A model generated the notes under the pieces. It had not been told where the DNA came from. It was given only the letters and a program-made list of their open reading frames with translations, and made no database searches. Positions 63,243 to 64,000 of a stretch of DNA of 64,000 nucleotides are shown here, piece by piece. The stretch lies in NCBI GenBank assembly GCA_964016885.1, contig OZ024740.1, forward strand, positions 441,192,001 through 441,256,000, written 5' to 3'. Made by a program: the position numbers and the translations under genes. The DNA is from Eledone cirrhosa. Its lineage: Eukaryota. Each line of letters opens with the position of its first letter. The first letter of the stretch is position 1.

Positions 63243-64000
63243 TTGAATTAGTATGGTATAGACAAGTACATATGTTGTTTAGGTGTATGATATTGTCAAT
63301 ACTCTGATATGCCCAGTTCCTTGCTGGGTTGTTAATTCACTGGGGAACTGGGATCATATGAATTCAAACAAACGAATTTTCGTGTCACAGGTCCCCTTCT
63401 CCTCTCATTGGTCAGTTATTAGTGTTGTCATTGTTGGAGTTAGCTTAAAAATTGATAAAATGGTAGAAGGGACAAGGTGTTGAAGGAACAAAATATCAAA
63501 AAATGTGTCAAACTTCCCATTGTTCAGTTCTGAGAGCATTCCTCAGTCAGAAGTCTATAGAATTCTTTCTGGGGTGAGGCTCCCTGTAGTGTTTATGCCT
63601 GCTATTGTTCAGTACATTTGACCTCCACCATTATTTTGGTACTGTTGTTGTTGTAGTGGTCAGCTTATACCTTGCTGCTGCTAACAATTTAGAAGTATTC
63701 AGTTTGTGTTTTCTTTTCATCCCACCCGCCACCATCGTAGTGGTGGTGGCGGGGGGGGGGGGGTTCTTTCATGTATATGAAGAAATATAAGGCAATAAAT
63801 GAAGAAAACAGAAGATAAATAAATAATATAATAAAATAAAATAATTAATATAATTTGTGTAATTTGAAAATAAATAAATAAATAGAGAATAAAGAATAAA
63901 GAGTAAATGAGAGATTGGTGAAAAAGTAATGATAATGTATATGGAGAAGTGAGAAATAATGTAGGATAAAGTGTGTGTGTGTGTGTGCTATAACCAATCT

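Overview
Eukaryotic, repeat-dominated window with no recognisable host protein-coding gene. The SINE and the LINE 3' tail resemble those I recall from octopod cephalopods, so the organism is probably an octopus (inference). 1-27000 is a highly homogeneous tandem array (16 full ~1.68-kb units, running off the left edge). Each unit carries one tRNA-Ser(UGA) gene (- strand) and one degenerate tRNA-like Pol III element (+ strand). The array breakpoint lies in one arm of a ~550-bp imperfect palindrome and shows a 2-bp (TG) microhomology when compared with an unamplified paralogous monomer at 34861-36544. A full-length but frameshifted Helitron (27309-33711; A|TC...CTAG|T) sits 308 bp beyond the array, and its empty site is visible in the paralog. 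33.8-55 kb contains an older ~3.1-kb duplicated block, further tRNA-Ser genes/pseudogenes, and (TATG)n microsatellites into which R4/Dong-like RLE retrotransposons and a non-autonomous RTE-like element have repeatedly inserted. It also holds a chimeric ORF joining an AP endonuclease to a restriction-like endonuclease. 55.3-62.1 kb is an RTE LINE with an intact 1039-aa ORF preceded by ~7.6 tandem ~410-bp monomers. A minimal Penelope-type hammerhead ribozyme motif lies at 63188-63242 (-).
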